Position numbers and translations under genes: made by a program. A stretch of DNA of 63,955 nucleotides, counting the filler, from Piptocephalis cylindrospora (taxonomy: Eukaryota): NCBI GenBank assembly GCA_003614145.1. It is 3 parts of 3 records of this genome, joined end to end, with 100 filler letters (N's around TTAATTAATTAA, not from the genome) between each part and the next. Parts side by side here need not be neighbours in the genome. Positions count along the whole stretch, not along the records: positions 49,957 to 63,955 come from KZ987931.1; 2 more parts are not named here. One strand, written 5' to 3'. This document shows, piece after piece, positions 63,176 through 63,955 of this stretch (positions within the stretch are counted from its first letter, which is position 1; each line of letters starts with the position of its first letter). The notes below the pieces were generated by a model. That model did no database searches, was not told the DNA's origin, and worked only from the letters and a program-made list of their open reading frames with translations.

Positions 63176-63737
63176 CGTACTCGGAGGCTGGGTGTTCTGT
63201 AAGAGAGAAGGGTGTTGTGATCTCCACACACACCATTGCCTCTCCTCCCCCCGCTTTGTGTGTATGTGTGAGATTTGAAGAAGGGGCCTGAGTGGAGAGG
63301 ATTCTGACCTCATTATCAGGGGAGAAACAGGAGCTTCCTTAGTTTGGACGAATCTACGTAAGTGAAGGGATGAACCCCCCTCTCTGTACCTAGGGTCTGC
63401 ATGACCCCCAAGGGCATAATCATCATCATCATCACTCATCAGGGACGGGATGGGATGGGATGGAATGGGATGAGGGAGCGGTGATAAGAGCCTTGGGAGA
63501 GGATGGCTCAGGACCCATTGATATGGCTCCCATTTCCAACAACTGCCGATCCCAGAGCATGACGTGAAATACCGGCCTAAAAACTCCGAATTCAAATATA
63601 TCGATGAATTTTGGCTGAGCGAGGCCTTTTCAAGGTCCTTCCTCCCACACATCCAGAATCAGTCTCCCTTTCCATCCTCACACCCCTGCCCCTCCCTGAA
63701 CTCAGCCCAATTCAACATCCTTGAACCATCCGCCACG

Positions 63738-63955
63738 ATGGAGACCTCCGAGCCCAAGTCCTTAACCATGGCAGACCTACTGCAGGACCTAGTTTACCTT
63801 AAGAAGGGTAGGTGCTGACTGAGGGAGGAGGGAGGGGGGAAGGAAGGCGGATGGCTGGAGCCTCGGATACTCACGACTCACATCCTGGATATATCCCTGA
63901 TCCCACACCACAGTCAACACCCCAACCTCACTCCCAGAACAGTCGCCTGGACGAG
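63738..63955 (+). CDS. 5' end of an unidentified gene running off the window
   Basis: gccacgATGG start context, METSEPKSLTMADLLQDLVYLKK, then GTAGGT donor and a CAG acceptor near 63912. Confidence 0.45.

Overview
Gene-dense eukaryotic genomic DNA with short GT-AG introns. The gene content (DASH subunits, Gpi1, Pho8 and Erg10 alongside MYSM1-like and FANCF-like genes) fits an early-diverging, non-Dikarya fungus; that assignment is inference. The window is three unrelated pieces joined by an artificial N44-TTAATTAATTAA-N44 linker (24884-24983 and 49857-49956). Most genes are recognisable housekeeping genes: SCYL1/CEX1, NCL1, beta-tubulin, PHO8, a class 3 lipase, ERG10, MEMO1, CLASP, TAF13, CUE3, GID8, an SMYD protein, GPI1 and an S6K-like kinase. 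Main observations: (1) Spc34-like and Spc19-like DASH kinetochore subunits each carry a long C-terminal extension ending in a winged-helix-like domain. (2) An island of intronless secreted orphan genes includes a diverged paralog pair (candidate effectors), and another 667-aa secreted orphan lies elsewhere. (3) Poly-C frameshifts occur in two neighbouring genes (lipase and PHO8). (4) MYSM1-like and FANCF-like genes are present. All protein identifications were made by eye from motifs; no database search was run.
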